Positions 33,046-43,507 of a stretch of DNA of 64,000 nucleotides are shown one piece after another. Made by a program: the position numbers and the translations under genes. How positions within the stretch are numbered: position 1 is the stretch's first letter; the number at the start of each line of letters is the position of its first letter. This stretch comes from an uncultured Lentisphaerales bacterium (GTDB lineage: Bacteria; Verrucomicrobiota; Lentisphaeria; JABSQK01; UBA12247). Under the pieces are notes generated by a model. It saw nothing but the letters and a program-made list of their open reading frames with translations, was not told the DNA's origin and made no database searches. Location of the stretch: contig CALSSJ010000018.1 of the NCBI GenBank assembly GCA_943788985.1, positions 1 through 64,000 on the forward strand, given 5' to 3'.

Positions 33046-33921
33046 TCAGTCTGGCGAAGGTGCTTTCGGTACCGGGTGAAGGCTGATAGCAGCCAAGATC
33101 TCGGCCGGGACATTTGTCGTAATCGACTTCGTGCCCATTCTCTGAAAGCGTTGCGCCGTCTTCCCGTTATCGACAGTCCAGACATGATGCTCGATCCCCT
33201 TAGCTGCCAAACGGCTGATGAAACCGGCATCCGCTAGGTTCTTGCCGGAACTGAGCCCGTCGGCCTTGATCTCAGATAGCGTTTCAAGAACCGCATCATA
33301 TGCCGGGCTAACTTCTCCTGCCTTGTCGGTTTTGAACCCCACCAGCCAACTCGTCTCGTAGTGTGGCACTACCGCCTTCAGCGCCTTGAGCACAGTCTGC
33401 TGGAAAGAGATCACCAAGATTTGCTCATCGCCCAGCCCAGATTTCTCAAACTCCGCCAGCAGGCCCGGAATGATTTCAGGGCCACACTTGATTTCTATGT
33501 AGATTTTCTTTCCTGGCGGTATCATCGAGAGCACCTCGGCCAGCGTCGGAATGCGAGTGCCCGTGAATTTCGGGCCTCGCCAGGCGCCAGCATCCAGCTC
33601 GCGCAGTTCGCTTAACGTTGAATCTGCAACGACCAGAGCCTTGTCAGTGGTCCTCTTTGTCGTGGCGTCGTGGATGCAGACAACCTGCCCATCTTTGGTC
33701 AGATGAAAATCGCCTTCAATCGCATCCGCGCCCTGTTTCCAGGCGAGCTCAAATGCAGGCAATGTGTTCTCGGGTGCCTGCTTTGATGCCCCGCGATGGG
33801 CAACGACCCAAGCCCTCTCTGTCGGATCAATCTTCATCGTATTCCCCCCAAAAGCTGTTCCTGACAATATTACCGTGATTAGCACCAACAAGAGGGTTCT
33901 TGCCGAAACCGACAGCCTCAT
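33046..33921 (-). CDS. glpQ: Glycerophosphodiester phosphodiesterase (GDPD)
   Basis: VVAHRGAS, APENTL, IEGDFHLTKDG, HD, YIEIK, VWTVD, ITTN; N-terminal signal peptide. Confidence 0.93.
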   Translation of the reverse strand: MRLSVSARTLLLVLITVILSGTAFGGNTMKIDPTERAWVVAHRGASKQAPENTLPAFELAWKQGADAIEGDFHLTKDGQVVCIHDATTKRTTDKALVVADSTLSELRELDAGAWRGPKFTGTRIPTLAEVLSMIPPGKKIYIEIKCGPEIIPGLLAEFEKSGLGDEQILVISFQQTVLKALKAVVPHYETSWLVGFKTDKAGEVSPAYDAVLETLSEIKADGLSSGKNLADAGFISRLAAKGIEHHVWTVDNGKTAQRFQRMGTKSITTNVPAEILAAISLHPVPKAPSPD

Positions 33922-34511
33922 GTGAAAATTAAAACAGCGCATCCGCAGGCGAGAGCCTGCATCCGGGGTGCCCCTTCCTTGCCGAAAGCGATTTGGCCGC
34001 CGAGGCTGGCGCCGTTGACATAGGATCTCAGCAGCGCGATTAGGGCCGACATCATATCGCTCGCACGGTAGGCTCATGATTGTGTCTCAGGTAGTTTAGA
34101 TGGCGGAACCAGGGGAGGGCGTTGTCGACGCAGGTGTGAACGTCAGCCGGACTCACGCACCTCTGCCAGCCAAATCAGAGTAATTACTGCGATAGCATAT
34201 CGGGAGCAAACTGCCATACAAGGCTGAACCTTGCAAAAGCAGTTGAACCAGGAATGGCGACTCTATGCCAGAACTGGGAGCGCTGGCAGCCACCGGCATC
34301 TTCTCTTGTCTCCACCGAATATGGGAGCAGCGGGTAGGGGACGTGCCCGCTGAACACGCGCCCCACGCGAAAGGTGCCACCAGCTTGACTTCGGGCGATT
34401 AGGCAGCACCCTACCGCCGCTCACCGCATCAATTCCATCCCCCCTTGGTGGCGACGTCCGAGTTCAACGACAATCATGACTCGACTCCCCCTTGCTTGAG
34501 GAAAAAAAAAC

Positions 34512-35609
34512 ATGTCTGATCTAGCCCTATTGCAGCCGATCGTAATCGGCCCTTACACCCTGAACAACCGCTTGGCGCTGGCACCAATGACCCGCGCCCG
34601 TTCAGGTGCCGACCGCATTCCCACTGCCTTAATGGCCGAGTATTACCGGCAGCGGGCATCCGCAGGCTTAGTGATTTCCGAAGCCACCGTGGTGTCGGAG
34701 CAGGGGATTGGCTGGAGTGAATCGCCGGGCATCTATACCGATGCGATGACCGAGGGCTGGAAGGCCACGACCCAGGCCGTGCACGATGCCGGCGGACGCA
34801 TTTTTCTGCAGCTCTGGCACTGCGGGCGGACCTCACATTCAGATTTCCACAACGGCGAACTGCCGGTATCCGCTTCGGCAGTAATACTCAACGGCGACCA
34901 GATCCACACGCCGCTGGGCAAAAAGGATTACGAGGTGCCCCGCGCCCTGGAAACCAATGAACTGCCGGGCATTGTCGAAGACTACCGCCGGGCCACCGAA
35001 CGCGCTCTGGAGGCTGGTTTTGACGGGGTTGAAGTCCATGCGGCTAACGGCTACCTGTTGAACCAGTTTCTGGACGGCCGGAGCAATCAGCGCACGGATA
35101 AATACGGGGGCTCGGTCGAAAACCGGTTCCGTCTACTGCGCGAAGTGGTACGTGCGGTCACGTCGGTGATGCCCGCCAACCAAGTGTCGGTCCGCCTCTC
35201 TCCCAACGGCGTGTTCAACGACATGGGCTGGCCTGAATGCCGGGAACAGTTTCTCTATGCCGCGCGAGAACTAGATGCCTTCGGCCTGGCGTTTCTGCAT
35301 CTCATGGACGGGCTGGCATTCGGATTCCACGAGCAGTGCGAGCCCATGACCCTGGCAGATTTTCGCGAGGTGTATACCGGTCCCTTAATGGGAAACTGCG
35401 GCTACGACAAAGAGCACACCGAGGCAGCGATCGCTTCCGGCGCCGCGGATATGATTGCGATTGGTCGCCCCTACCTCAGCAATCCCGACCTAGTGGACCG
35501 CTGGGCCAACGGCTGGCCGGAAGCCCCCCTGCCAGACATGGCCGCCTGGTACACCCCCGCAGGCGCCGAGGGCTATACGGATCATCCGGCCTATCAGCCC
35601 GTGGAATAA
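34512..35609 (+). CDS. nemA: Old yellow enzyme / alkene reductase (NemA-like)
   Basis: LAPMTRAR, LQLWHCGR, GFDGVEVHAANGYL, RTDKYGGSVENR, IGRPYLSNPDL. Confidence 0.95.
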   Translation: MSDLALLQPIVIGPYTLNNRLALAPMTRARSGADRIPTALMAEYYRQRASAGLVISEATVVSEQGIGWSESPGIYTDAMTEGWKATTQAVHDAGGRIFLQLWHCGRTSHSDFHNGELPVSASAVILNGDQIHTPLGKKDYEVPRALETNELPGIVEDYRRATERALEAGFDGVEVHAANGYLLNQFLDGRSNQRTDKYGGSVENRFRLLREVVRAVTSVMPANQVSVRLSPNGVFNDMGWPECREQFLYAARELDAFGLAFLHLMDGLAFGFHEQCEPMTLADFREVYTGPLMGNCGYDKEHTEAAIASGAADMIAIGRPYLSNPDLVDRWANGWPEAPLPDMAAWYTPAGAEGYTDHPAYQPVE

Positions 35610-35719
35610 GGAGCGTGTCTCGCAGGAGCGGCAGTCCTGCCCTTACGTTCCTTGAGAGCTACTTCATCCTTTTCTAAGGTGGATGCCCATCCCCCATTGG
35701 CCCGGGCCACAATGCCTGG

Positions 35720-37300
35720 CAGTGACAAATCGCAAAGTAGGCGATTCTCCCTCGAACGCCGCCATCACCCGCCGAGGTACGAGGTTAAGTGCATCCGTCA
35801 CCACGAGCGCGTCGGTTTCTTTCGGCCCGTGATACGCAAGGCTGTTGCTGCTTTTCTGGGTTGCGGCTACCTGCGGGGAGGCTTCGCGCGGGTGCCAATA
35901 AAGCTGTACGCTCGTCACCGCGGCCAATGTCAGAGGGCAATATGGCGGTTTCCGTCCCGCACCTACAGTTCGTCTTCACCATACCGAAACGGTGCCGTGC
36001 CTACTTTCGCTACGCCCGGGATCTACTCAAGCATCTCCCTGCTCTCGCTTGGGAGACAGTGCGCGACGTCTACCGTGCCGCCCTTGATCGCGACGACGTT
36101 GTGCCGGGCATCGTCGGCGCCCCTCAGACGTTTGGCGATCTGATCAACCGGCAGCCGCACGTCCACGCGCTCACCACTGAGGGAGCCTTTGCCAAGTACG
36201 GCCCCTCCCTGCCAATGCCCGATGATCTTACCGCCGAGCCGTTTCTTAAGCTCTGGGAGCAAAAATTTGTTGCGCTTTCCCGGGCAGAGGCCCGTGGTGC
36301 TGAAAAGGAGTCGAACACATGCGAAAATAGAAACACTCTAGCTTAATTATCGACAGCCGACCGCAGAGGACGGCCTTGCCCACCAGAGGGAGCGAACGCG
36401 AACGTCAACGCGTCTACCTATCAGCCTGTGATCAGGCTGCCATTCAAAGGTTGCTCCAGTATATGCTGCGATGCCGGTTCAGCCTGAAGCGCATGATTCA
36501 GACCCCGCCGAATGGCAATGTCGCCCATTGAGAAGCGCGCGAGGAGTGTGTCGCCTTCCGACCCGTGATCATACTCAGTTCCGCCGTGGCGTGTCACATA
36601 ACTTCGAGATTTTTGAGCCGCCGGACTTTATTGCCGAGGCCACGCAACATATTCCAGAGCACGGTGCGCAGACGGCAGGATACTATGGCTGGTATTGGAA
36701 CAAGGCTCGCGGCAGGCATGCCAAGGCTGCAGAAGCGACAAAGGCACAGCAGTCCGTGGGTATCGAGCCCCCCACCACCGCTGAGAGCGATACTCCCTAT
36801 CGCAAATTATGCCGTATGCGCTGGTCGGGGGCCCGAAATGTGGCCGTACCATAGCCATCCTATCGGTCATAGAGCAAGAGGACCAGACCGATGGTATTGA
36901 GCGATTGCCGCCGCCTACGGTCGCTCCCGTCGCTACGGGCGGGCTCTCGCTGCGCTCGGGGCTCAAACACTGTCAACTTTGGAACGGCTATCCAGCGAGG
37001 GCCCCGCCCAAGCCAGCCGCCACTGGTGAATTTGAGCTGAAAGTCGGGTATACGGAATTGCCCCCGACTGTCTCCGCTTTGCTCTAGTTCGACGAGTTTC
37101 TCTTGGGATTCTGAAAGTACCCGTGAGGAAGACGCTACCTCGATACTCGATTCGGCGTATCCCGTTCGCTCAACGCTTGTCAGTGGCCAATATCGGTGGA
37201 CACCCTCCCTTCCGCCTTGCATCGTTTCCGCCCCGTTTCCCTGGACGGCGCCCCCTGTCAGGCCGTCCTTGTAAAAGCGTTAAAAGAAATTTCCCATCAG
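35720..37300 (+). mobile_element. IS91-family (Y2 rolling-circle) transposase remnant
   Basis: FLGCGYLRGGFARV (Zn-binding domain), HLQFVFTIPKR, QTFGD..PHVHAL (HUH), FIAEATQHIPE...YYGWYWNKARG, PKCG..ILSVIE...LKHCQLW...RAPP; broken by stops and shifts; hairpin plus AAATTTCCCATC at the 3' end. Confidence 0.85.
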
Positions 37301-37323
37301 CTACCGAAATTGAATTTAAAATT

Positions 37324-37351
37324 TTGCAAATTGGGACAGCCGTGCTATAGC
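37324..37351 (+). promoter_or_regulatory. Putative sigma70 promoter of the metalloprotease gene
   Basis: TTGCAA-16 nt-(TGC)TATAGC in an AT-rich patch 45 nt upstream of ATG 37397. Confidence 0.35.
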
Positions 37352-37396
37352 TGACGCTGCGCGCATGTGCCATTCACTATTTAAGGAACTACGTCC

Positions 37397-39871
37397 ATGG
37401 ATTCCACCCTCTGTCGCCCGTTGCGAAGCCGCTTTCTCCAATCCCTTGCCTGGATCGCCCTGCTCTCCATGGCGGCGGTGCCGTTGCTTACTGCGGCACC
37501 CCGTGCAAACCCGGTCTCCCAGCTTGCGGCGGATGCCAACCGGGCCTTCGGACTTACGCACAGTGCGGTGATGCGGCTTTCCGTCGGGGCCAAGCCCGGC
37601 GAAGAATTCAGCGTGACCGTCCCGCTCAATGGCGGTACTGCCGTGGTTGACCTCATCCCCCAGCCGATCCGGTCCGAGCAATTCCAGCTCCTAGCCCAGA
37701 ATGCAGCCGGCGAATTGACCCCCATCGAACCCGGCCCTATTACCACCTACCGAGGGATAGTGCGCGGCCGGTCGGGCGCCTCGGCGGCGGCCTCTCTCCT
37801 CAGCGACGGGATTCACCTGCGTGTGGTGGACGGAGAGCATGAAACTTGGATGGAACCACTGGCTGGACGTGTGCCCGGCGCGGCACGGGGCCACCATGTG
37901 GTGTACAACGGCGCCCATGTGGTGCCCGATGGGAGGGGCTGCCTCGCACTGGCCGCGGCTGAAATCGCCGGGGCCGCTGCCGGAGGGCAGAGTGGTGACG
38001 GCGAACCGTCCCCCGTTGCCGCCGGCGCCCTGAAAATCGCCGAACTTGCCTGCGATGCGGATGTCGAATACTTTCTCGACTACGGCTCGGTGAGCGAAGC
38101 CCAAGCGAGGATTGAAAGCGTGATCAACTCCGTGAACATCCAGTACGAGCGGGATGTCGGAATCAGCCACCTGATCACGACCATCCTGGTCCGGACCTCC
38201 GAGTCCGATCCCTACTCTTCCACCGATGCGGAAACCCTGCTGAACCAGTTCCGCAACCACTGGAGTGCCAACCACGGCAATATCAGCCGCGATGTGGCAC
38301 AACTTTTCACCGGCAAGGAAATTGATTCTAGCACCATCGGTATCGCGTGGCTGAATGCCGTCTGCACGTCCTACGGCTACGGAATGGTGCAGTCGGATTT
38401 TAACAACAACTTCAGCTGCGCGACTGACTTGTCCGCGCACGAACTCGGACACAACTGGGGGGCTGGCCATTGCAGCTGCACGTCCTACACCATGAACCCC
38501 TCCATCACCTGCGCGAATGCCTTTAACCCGGTGGGCACGATTCCGGACATCATTGCTTTCCGGGACAGCCGGACCTGCCTGGACGACGCCGCGGTTGATC
38601 CGCCGGTCGCACCCAGCGGTCTGACCGCAGTCACCGCCTCTTTTGCACAGATCAATCTCGCGTGGGTCGATCAGGCAAATAACGAAGCCGGTTTTGACGT
38701 GGAACGTTCAACCGCCCAGTCGCCCTGGACCTTGGCCGCCTCCCTAGGAGCAGGCGCGACCAGCTATTCCGACATCGGCCTTGCCGCCGGCACCCTCTAT
38801 GAGTACCGCGTCAGTGCCTTCAACAGCGCGGGAAGCTCCGGCTACGCAACGGTCTCGGCGACCACCGAGGATGCACCGGACTTCATTGACCAGTGTGCGG
38901 TCGGTGAGTTCTTCGGTTCGGGCAGTATCTCCGGATCGTACCTGGACAGCTGTGCTGATGACGCCATGGTCGAAGCCATAACGGAAGTGGTTTCCAACGG
39001 CAAACCCAGCCGCCGCCACAGCACGCTGGAGCACATTTGGGAATTTAACGTTCAGGCCGGGTCAGCCGTTACCGTGCTGGCCCATGCCTATGGAGGATCT
39101 GCCTCAGATAATTTTATCTTCGAAGCCTCGACAGATAGCGGAATCACCTACAGCAGTCTGTTCACCGCACCGGTAGCCGATGACGGGCAGCTTCTTTCCG
39201 CCCAGCTTCCGCCCACCGCGTCCGGATCGGTACTGATCCGGGTCATTGACAGCGACGGCAGTGCTGGAGAACTCGGGCTCGACACGGTTGAAGTTGATCT
39301 GCTGCTCATCCGGACCTACCTGGCCGCAGGAGCTCCCCCGGCGGCACCAAGCGGCCTGATCGCAGACCCGGTCTCGGCCGGCCAAGTGACCCTGACTTGG
39401 GCCGATGAGTCCGACAATGAATTCGGCTTTGAGATTGAGCGCAGCGTGAACGGCGGAACGACCTGGGAGTTGCTAGACATAGCTGGTCCGGATTCCTCGA
39501 GCTACGACGATTTCGATGTGGCCGCACTCACGACCTACACCTACCGGATTTGGGCCTACAACAGCGCCGGCGATTCTGCCTTTGACGGTCCGGTCTCCGC
39601 GACCACACCGGACGGCCCTGCGGGCATCAGCCTAGACAGCGCGGTGGGGTACAAAGTCAAAGGGGTGCACTACGCAGACCTTACTTGGTCGGGCGCCCAG
39701 GGCGAAACGGTGCTAATCGTTCGCGACGGCGATGACCCGGCTGAAATCTCCGTACTCAACACCGGCGCCCATACCGACAACATCGGCAATAAGGGGGCGG
39801 GCAGTTATACCTACCGGGTGTGCGAGCCGGATGCGAGCGGATGCTCCACAGTACTCCCCGTTGCGTTCTGA
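37397..39871 (+). CDS. Secreted M12 (reprolysin-like) zinc metalloprotease with two FN3 domains
   Basis: Signal/propeptide, HELGHNWGAGH, Met-turn YTMNP, two PxAPSGL...NExGF.IERS...Y.YR..A.NSAG FN3 repeats. Confidence 0.92.
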   Translation: MDSTLCRPLRSRFLQSLAWIALLSMAAVPLLTAAPRANPVSQLAADANRAFGLTHSAVMRLSVGAKPGEEFSVTVPLNGGTAVVDLIPQPIRSEQFQLLAQNAAGELTPIEPGPITTYRGIVRGRSGASAAASLLSDGIHLRVVDGEHETWMEPLAGRVPGAARGHHVVYNGAHVVPDGRGCLALAAAEIAGAAAGGQSGDGEPSPVAAGALKIAELACDADVEYFLDYGSVSEAQARIESVINSVNIQYERDVGISHLITTILVRTSESDPYSSTDAETLLNQFRNHWSANHGNISRDVAQLFTGKEIDSSTIGIAWLNAVCTSYGYGMVQSDFNNNFSCATDLSAHELGHNWGAGHCSCTSYTMNPSITCANAFNPVGTIPDIIAFRDSRTCLDDAAVDPPVAPSGLTAVTASFAQINLAWVDQANNEAGFDVERSTAQSPWTLAASLGAGATSYSDIGLAAGTLYEYRVSAFNSAGSSGYATVSATTEDAPDFIDQCAVGEFFGSGSISGSYLDSCADDAMVEAITEVVSNGKPSRRHSTLEHIWEFNVQAGSAVTVLAHAYGGSASDNFIFEASTDSGITYSSLFTAPVADDGQLLSAQLPPTASGSVLIRVIDSDGSAGELGLDTVEVDLLLIRTYLAAGAPPAAPSGLIADPVSAGQVTLTWADESDNEFGFEIERSVNGGTTWELLDIAGPDSSSYDDFDVAALTTYTYRIWAYNSAGDSAFDGPVSATTPDGPAGISLDSAVGYKVKGVHYADLTWSGAQGETVLIVRDGDDPAEISVLNTGAHTDNIGNKGAGSYTYRVCEPDASGCSTVLPVAF

Positions 39872-41055
39872 TCCCGAAGCCAGGGTTTTCGCTTCGCCTC
39901 ATTATCTGGGATCCCGTACCGAGTATCCCTCCGCGACTGCTTCGGCCTGGCATACATGGTGCAGGCCAAACTTTCCTTCAACACAGCCCAGACCAAACCT
40001 CAGCGCGCAGGCGCCCGGTTTGTTAAGGGTTTCTCGTGGCGTTTTTTTTAAGTAGAGTCCTGCCCTCTTTGAGTTGCTTCTTGGACGCCTTCTTTTTCGG
40101 ATTCTTCAACCAGCTTGAGTCGGTCGTCGCCTTGGAGCTTGGACCGTAACTGGCGGATTCCCAGTCACCGGTTTTAACTTTGATCCGCTTAGACGTCATA
40201 AGAGGGACCGTGTGATCGCTCAGCCCAACACCGAATGTGGTCCCCGGGAAGCCTGGTACTCGGAGCTGAGCCGGTAGATGGTAGCCTCCGTGAGCTCCAC
40301 CTGTTAACTCAGTCCCATAGATCGCGGGTTTGGACCAGTCTATTTGGTCAGATGTACGCCTCCGTCTTTGATCCGGGCCCCAGTTGTGACTCCGTAGTGC
40401 GGGATCCGACCCAGAAACCAGCGGTTGATGCCCTGGGAAAAATCTTCGTTTTCCAACAGTTCAGTCAGTTCGGTGGTGTTCAGGCTTATGGGGGCAAGCA
40501 GGGTGAAAAAGATCCGTTTCATAAGTGCTCTCTCAATATTTTGGGGGTAGGCAGGGTTAAAACACGGGCGGAATCATATCCATTGACACGGGAGGGGGAG
40601 GTTTTGCCCTCGCTGGGCATTTTTACCACCCAGCGTTCGTCCAGGCCTCCGCCGGAGGGTCAGAACTATGGCGGGCACAGCAAAGGACAAAGGAGCAAAA
40701 GGAAAATGGGAAGATTTTCGGGTCCACAACGAGCGCAGAGATCGCAGAGATTTTTATTGGGGGGCTTGCGCCCTGTGCGAACTTCGGTGTCTAGGTCAGG
40801 CGGCTGCAGTGGTTTCTAGGCTGGGGGGATTTTTATCCGCAAGGAGGAGTTGGGGGATACAAGGTTCGGTGTGTGGGAGCGCGCCTGTGGCGCGATAAGT
40901 GTGGGACTTGTCCGCTTAATTTTAATCGAGTTTGCCAAAAATAATTGAACTTGCCGGCTGGTTCGCTTTTTTCCTTTGGTGAACCCGGCTATTCATAGCC
41001 ACTACTTAGGGAAAGTTTGGGGAGTTTATTGCAAGAAGGTACTGCTTTCTCGTAG

Positions 41056-41498
41056 TCATCGAATGATAACCTCAAATACCTTTCGCGTCTCGGCTATTTT
41101 TTTACTCTCAAAGTTAACTTCCTCCCTTTTGCCACTGAACGAATGCCCCGCATATCTTCCTTCTATCGAGCCGGACGAGCCGGAAGTCTTGAAGTGCCAC
41201 TTGGGATAGTCGGTTCTATCACTGAAATATTCAGGATCAAAAAAGAATGCGGCACTTTCTTCTTTCTTGCCCGGTGAATAGCGGACTGTGCCATCGATCT
41301 TGATGGTGAGCTTCCCATCCCATTCTCGAATGGTTGTTGCCCGGAATGTCACGACCTTGTTGTCTTTAATGGTGCCACCGAGAGATCATGTGTAAGCGCC
41401 CAAATCTTAAGGAGCGGCGCAGTCAGCCACTTTCACCTGCTGAGCTAAGGAGTACTGGCAAAGTATTGAGCATGCAATTGTGAGCGGGATTTTATCAT
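41056..41498 (-). pseudogene. Decayed cassette-like gene for a secreted hypothetical protein
   Basis: ATG 41498 with AAGGA RBS directly after the attC-like R'; signal-like start; in-frame stops; AAGCGAACCAG R''-like motif near 40960-40970. Confidence 0.45.
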
Positions 41499-41517
41499 CT
41501 TCGTTCCTTTTCGTGGT

Positions 41518-41573
41518 CGCGAACGGTCAGTTCAACCTGCGGCGATACGTCATGCTGGAGCGCCTGGTTGGGG
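41518..41573 (-). repeat. attC-like site (decayed)
   Basis: Minus strand: CCCCAAC-CAGGC-GCT[C]CAGC...GTTGAAC-TGACC-GTTCGCG. Confidence 0.5.
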
Positions 41574-41849
41574 CTGCGGTATGCGGGGACGGTCGAGGTG
41601 AGCTGCGGAGTCCGCAAGGTCACAACTGGCTTAGAGATGATCGGCTTCGAATGGTTCTTGTTTTCAGGGGGATTGAATAGATTGGCTACTGCTGCTGTAT
41701 TGCTAGTGATGAGGTGCCGAATGGCAATGCGCCTGGTTGCGGTGATTCCCGATGTCGAGGTGAGATATGGTTTGGCGTAACATCAATCCGGGGGCAAGTT
41801 AGGGCCGCGCCCGGGGCCGCGAAATTTACGATAACGGGAAATTGACTTT

Positions 41850-43361
41850 ATGTATCGAATCATTACAGCCGCAGTTCTTTTTCTGGCGGCCTTTACCGTC
41901 ACGGCCGCCGACACCCCCAACGTCATCGTTGTTCTTGCCGATGACCTGGGCATTGGCGACATCTCGCCGACCAATACCGAGTGCAAGATCAAGACGCCGC
42001 ATCTGCAGAAGATGGCGGACGAGGGAATCACCTTTCTCGATGCTCATTCGTCGAGCTCAGTATGCACGCCAACGCGCTATGGCTTGCTGACCGGCCGCTA
42101 CAACTGGCGCTCGCGGCTGGCACGCGGTGTCCTGAGCGGACGCAGCGATCACCTGATTCCCGCCGACCGTGCCACTGTCGCGCACATGCTGAAGGGCGCT
42201 GGCTATCACACACAGATGATCGGCAAATGGCACCTGGGCTGGGACTGGGCCAAGGTAGGCGGCGAGATCGACTTCACGAAGGATGTGAAGAACGGTCCAA
42301 ACATCAACGGGTTCGACGGCTACTACGGGCACTGCGGCTCGCTCGACATGCCGCCGTATGTCTGGGTTGACACGGGCAAGGTCACGGCACAGCCAGATCG
42401 TGAAGAAGGGGTGTCGAAGAGGGAAGATCCCTATGGCTGGTACCGTAAGGGGCCGATCGGCGCCGATTTCCACATCGAGGAGGTTCTGCCGCATCTTTTT
42501 GACAAGTCGATTGCCTATATCAAGGAACGCGCAGCGGAGGCCAAGACGGGCAAGCCGTTTTTTCTCTACCTGCCATTGCCGGCTCCGCATACGCCGATCG
42601 TCCCCCTACCACCATTTAAGGGGGCCAGCGGCATCAATCCCTATGCCGACTTTGTGATGCAGACGGACCACCACATGGGCCAGCTGTTGGCCGCGCTGAA
42701 GGAAGCGGGCGTTGACGACAACACACTGGTGATTTTTACCAGCGACAACGGGTGTTCTCCAGAGGGGAAATTCGCTATACTCAAGGAGAAGGGGCACGAT
42801 CCGAGCGCCGGCTATCGTGGGCATAAGGCAGACATCTACGAAGGCGGCCATCGTGTGCCCTTCGTCGTGCGCTGGCCGCAGGGAATTAAGGCCGGCCAGA
42901 AGACGTCAGCGTTGGCTTGTCTCACCGACATCTATAGCACGCTCGAAGACATCGCGGACCAGCCACGCAAGCCAAGCGGCGGCGAAGACGGCTTTAGTCT
43001 CTTACCTGTTTTCAAGGGAGCTGCAACATCCGGCCGCGAGACCTTGATCAGCCACTCCATCAGTGGTTGCTTCTCGATTCGCCATGGCCAGTGGAAGTTG
43101 TGTTTGTCCGCCGGCAGCGGTGGCTGGAGCGCACCGGGCGAGAAAGACGCTAAGGCAAAGGGGCTACCGCCGCTGCAGCTCTTTGATTTGGGCACCGAAA
43201 AGAGCGAAAGGACCAACCTCGCCGCAACCAATCCTGAGCGCGTAAGCGAGATGGTCCGACTGCTCGACAAGGAGGTCAAGAACGGCCGCTGCACACCGGG
43301 CGACACCGTCAAGAACGACCGCGACGTGACCTTTCTGCCCAAGGGCGTGTCGCTGCCGTAG
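41850..43361 (+). CDS. Secreted arylsulfatase (S1 family)
   Basis: Signal peptide, DDLGIGD, CTPTRYGLLTGRY, GKWHLG, FTSDNG. Confidence 0.96.
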   Translation: MYRIITAAVLFLAAFTVTAADTPNVIVVLADDLGIGDISPTNTECKIKTPHLQKMADEGITFLDAHSSSSVCTPTRYGLLTGRYNWRSRLARGVLSGRSDHLIPADRATVAHMLKGAGYHTQMIGKWHLGWDWAKVGGEIDFTKDVKNGPNINGFDGYYGHCGSLDMPPYVWVDTGKVTAQPDREEGVSKREDPYGWYRKGPIGADFHIEEVLPHLFDKSIAYIKERAAEAKTGKPFFLYLPLPAPHTPIVPLPPFKGASGINPYADFVMQTDHHMGQLLAALKEAGVDDNTLVIFTSDNGCSPEGKFAILKEKGHDPSAGYRGHKADIYEGGHRVPFVVRWPQGIKAGQKTSALACLTDIYSTLEDIADQPRKPSGGEDGFSLLPVFKGAATSGRETLISHSISGCFSIRHGQWKLCLSAGSGGWSAPGEKDAKAKGLPPLQLFDLGTEKSERTNLAATNPERVSEMVRLLDKEVKNGRCTPGDTVKNDRDVTFLPKGVSLP

Positions 43362-43507
43362 GTGTAAGCAGCTCCGGGGCCGGACCAGCCTTGATCACGC
43401 TTTCGCCCTGGTTCCTTGATTACACCTCCCGATCCGCGCAATGCCGACGCATTGGGGAAAAAAGAAATTTCCCACAAGGCAGTGAATTCCTCTACTAGGA
43501 GATTGTT

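Noticed and set aside
40050..40522. Secreted CBM-like gene
   Set aside because: Only a signal-like start and an LLENEDFSQG..W motif before multiple stops; cannot be assigned reliably.
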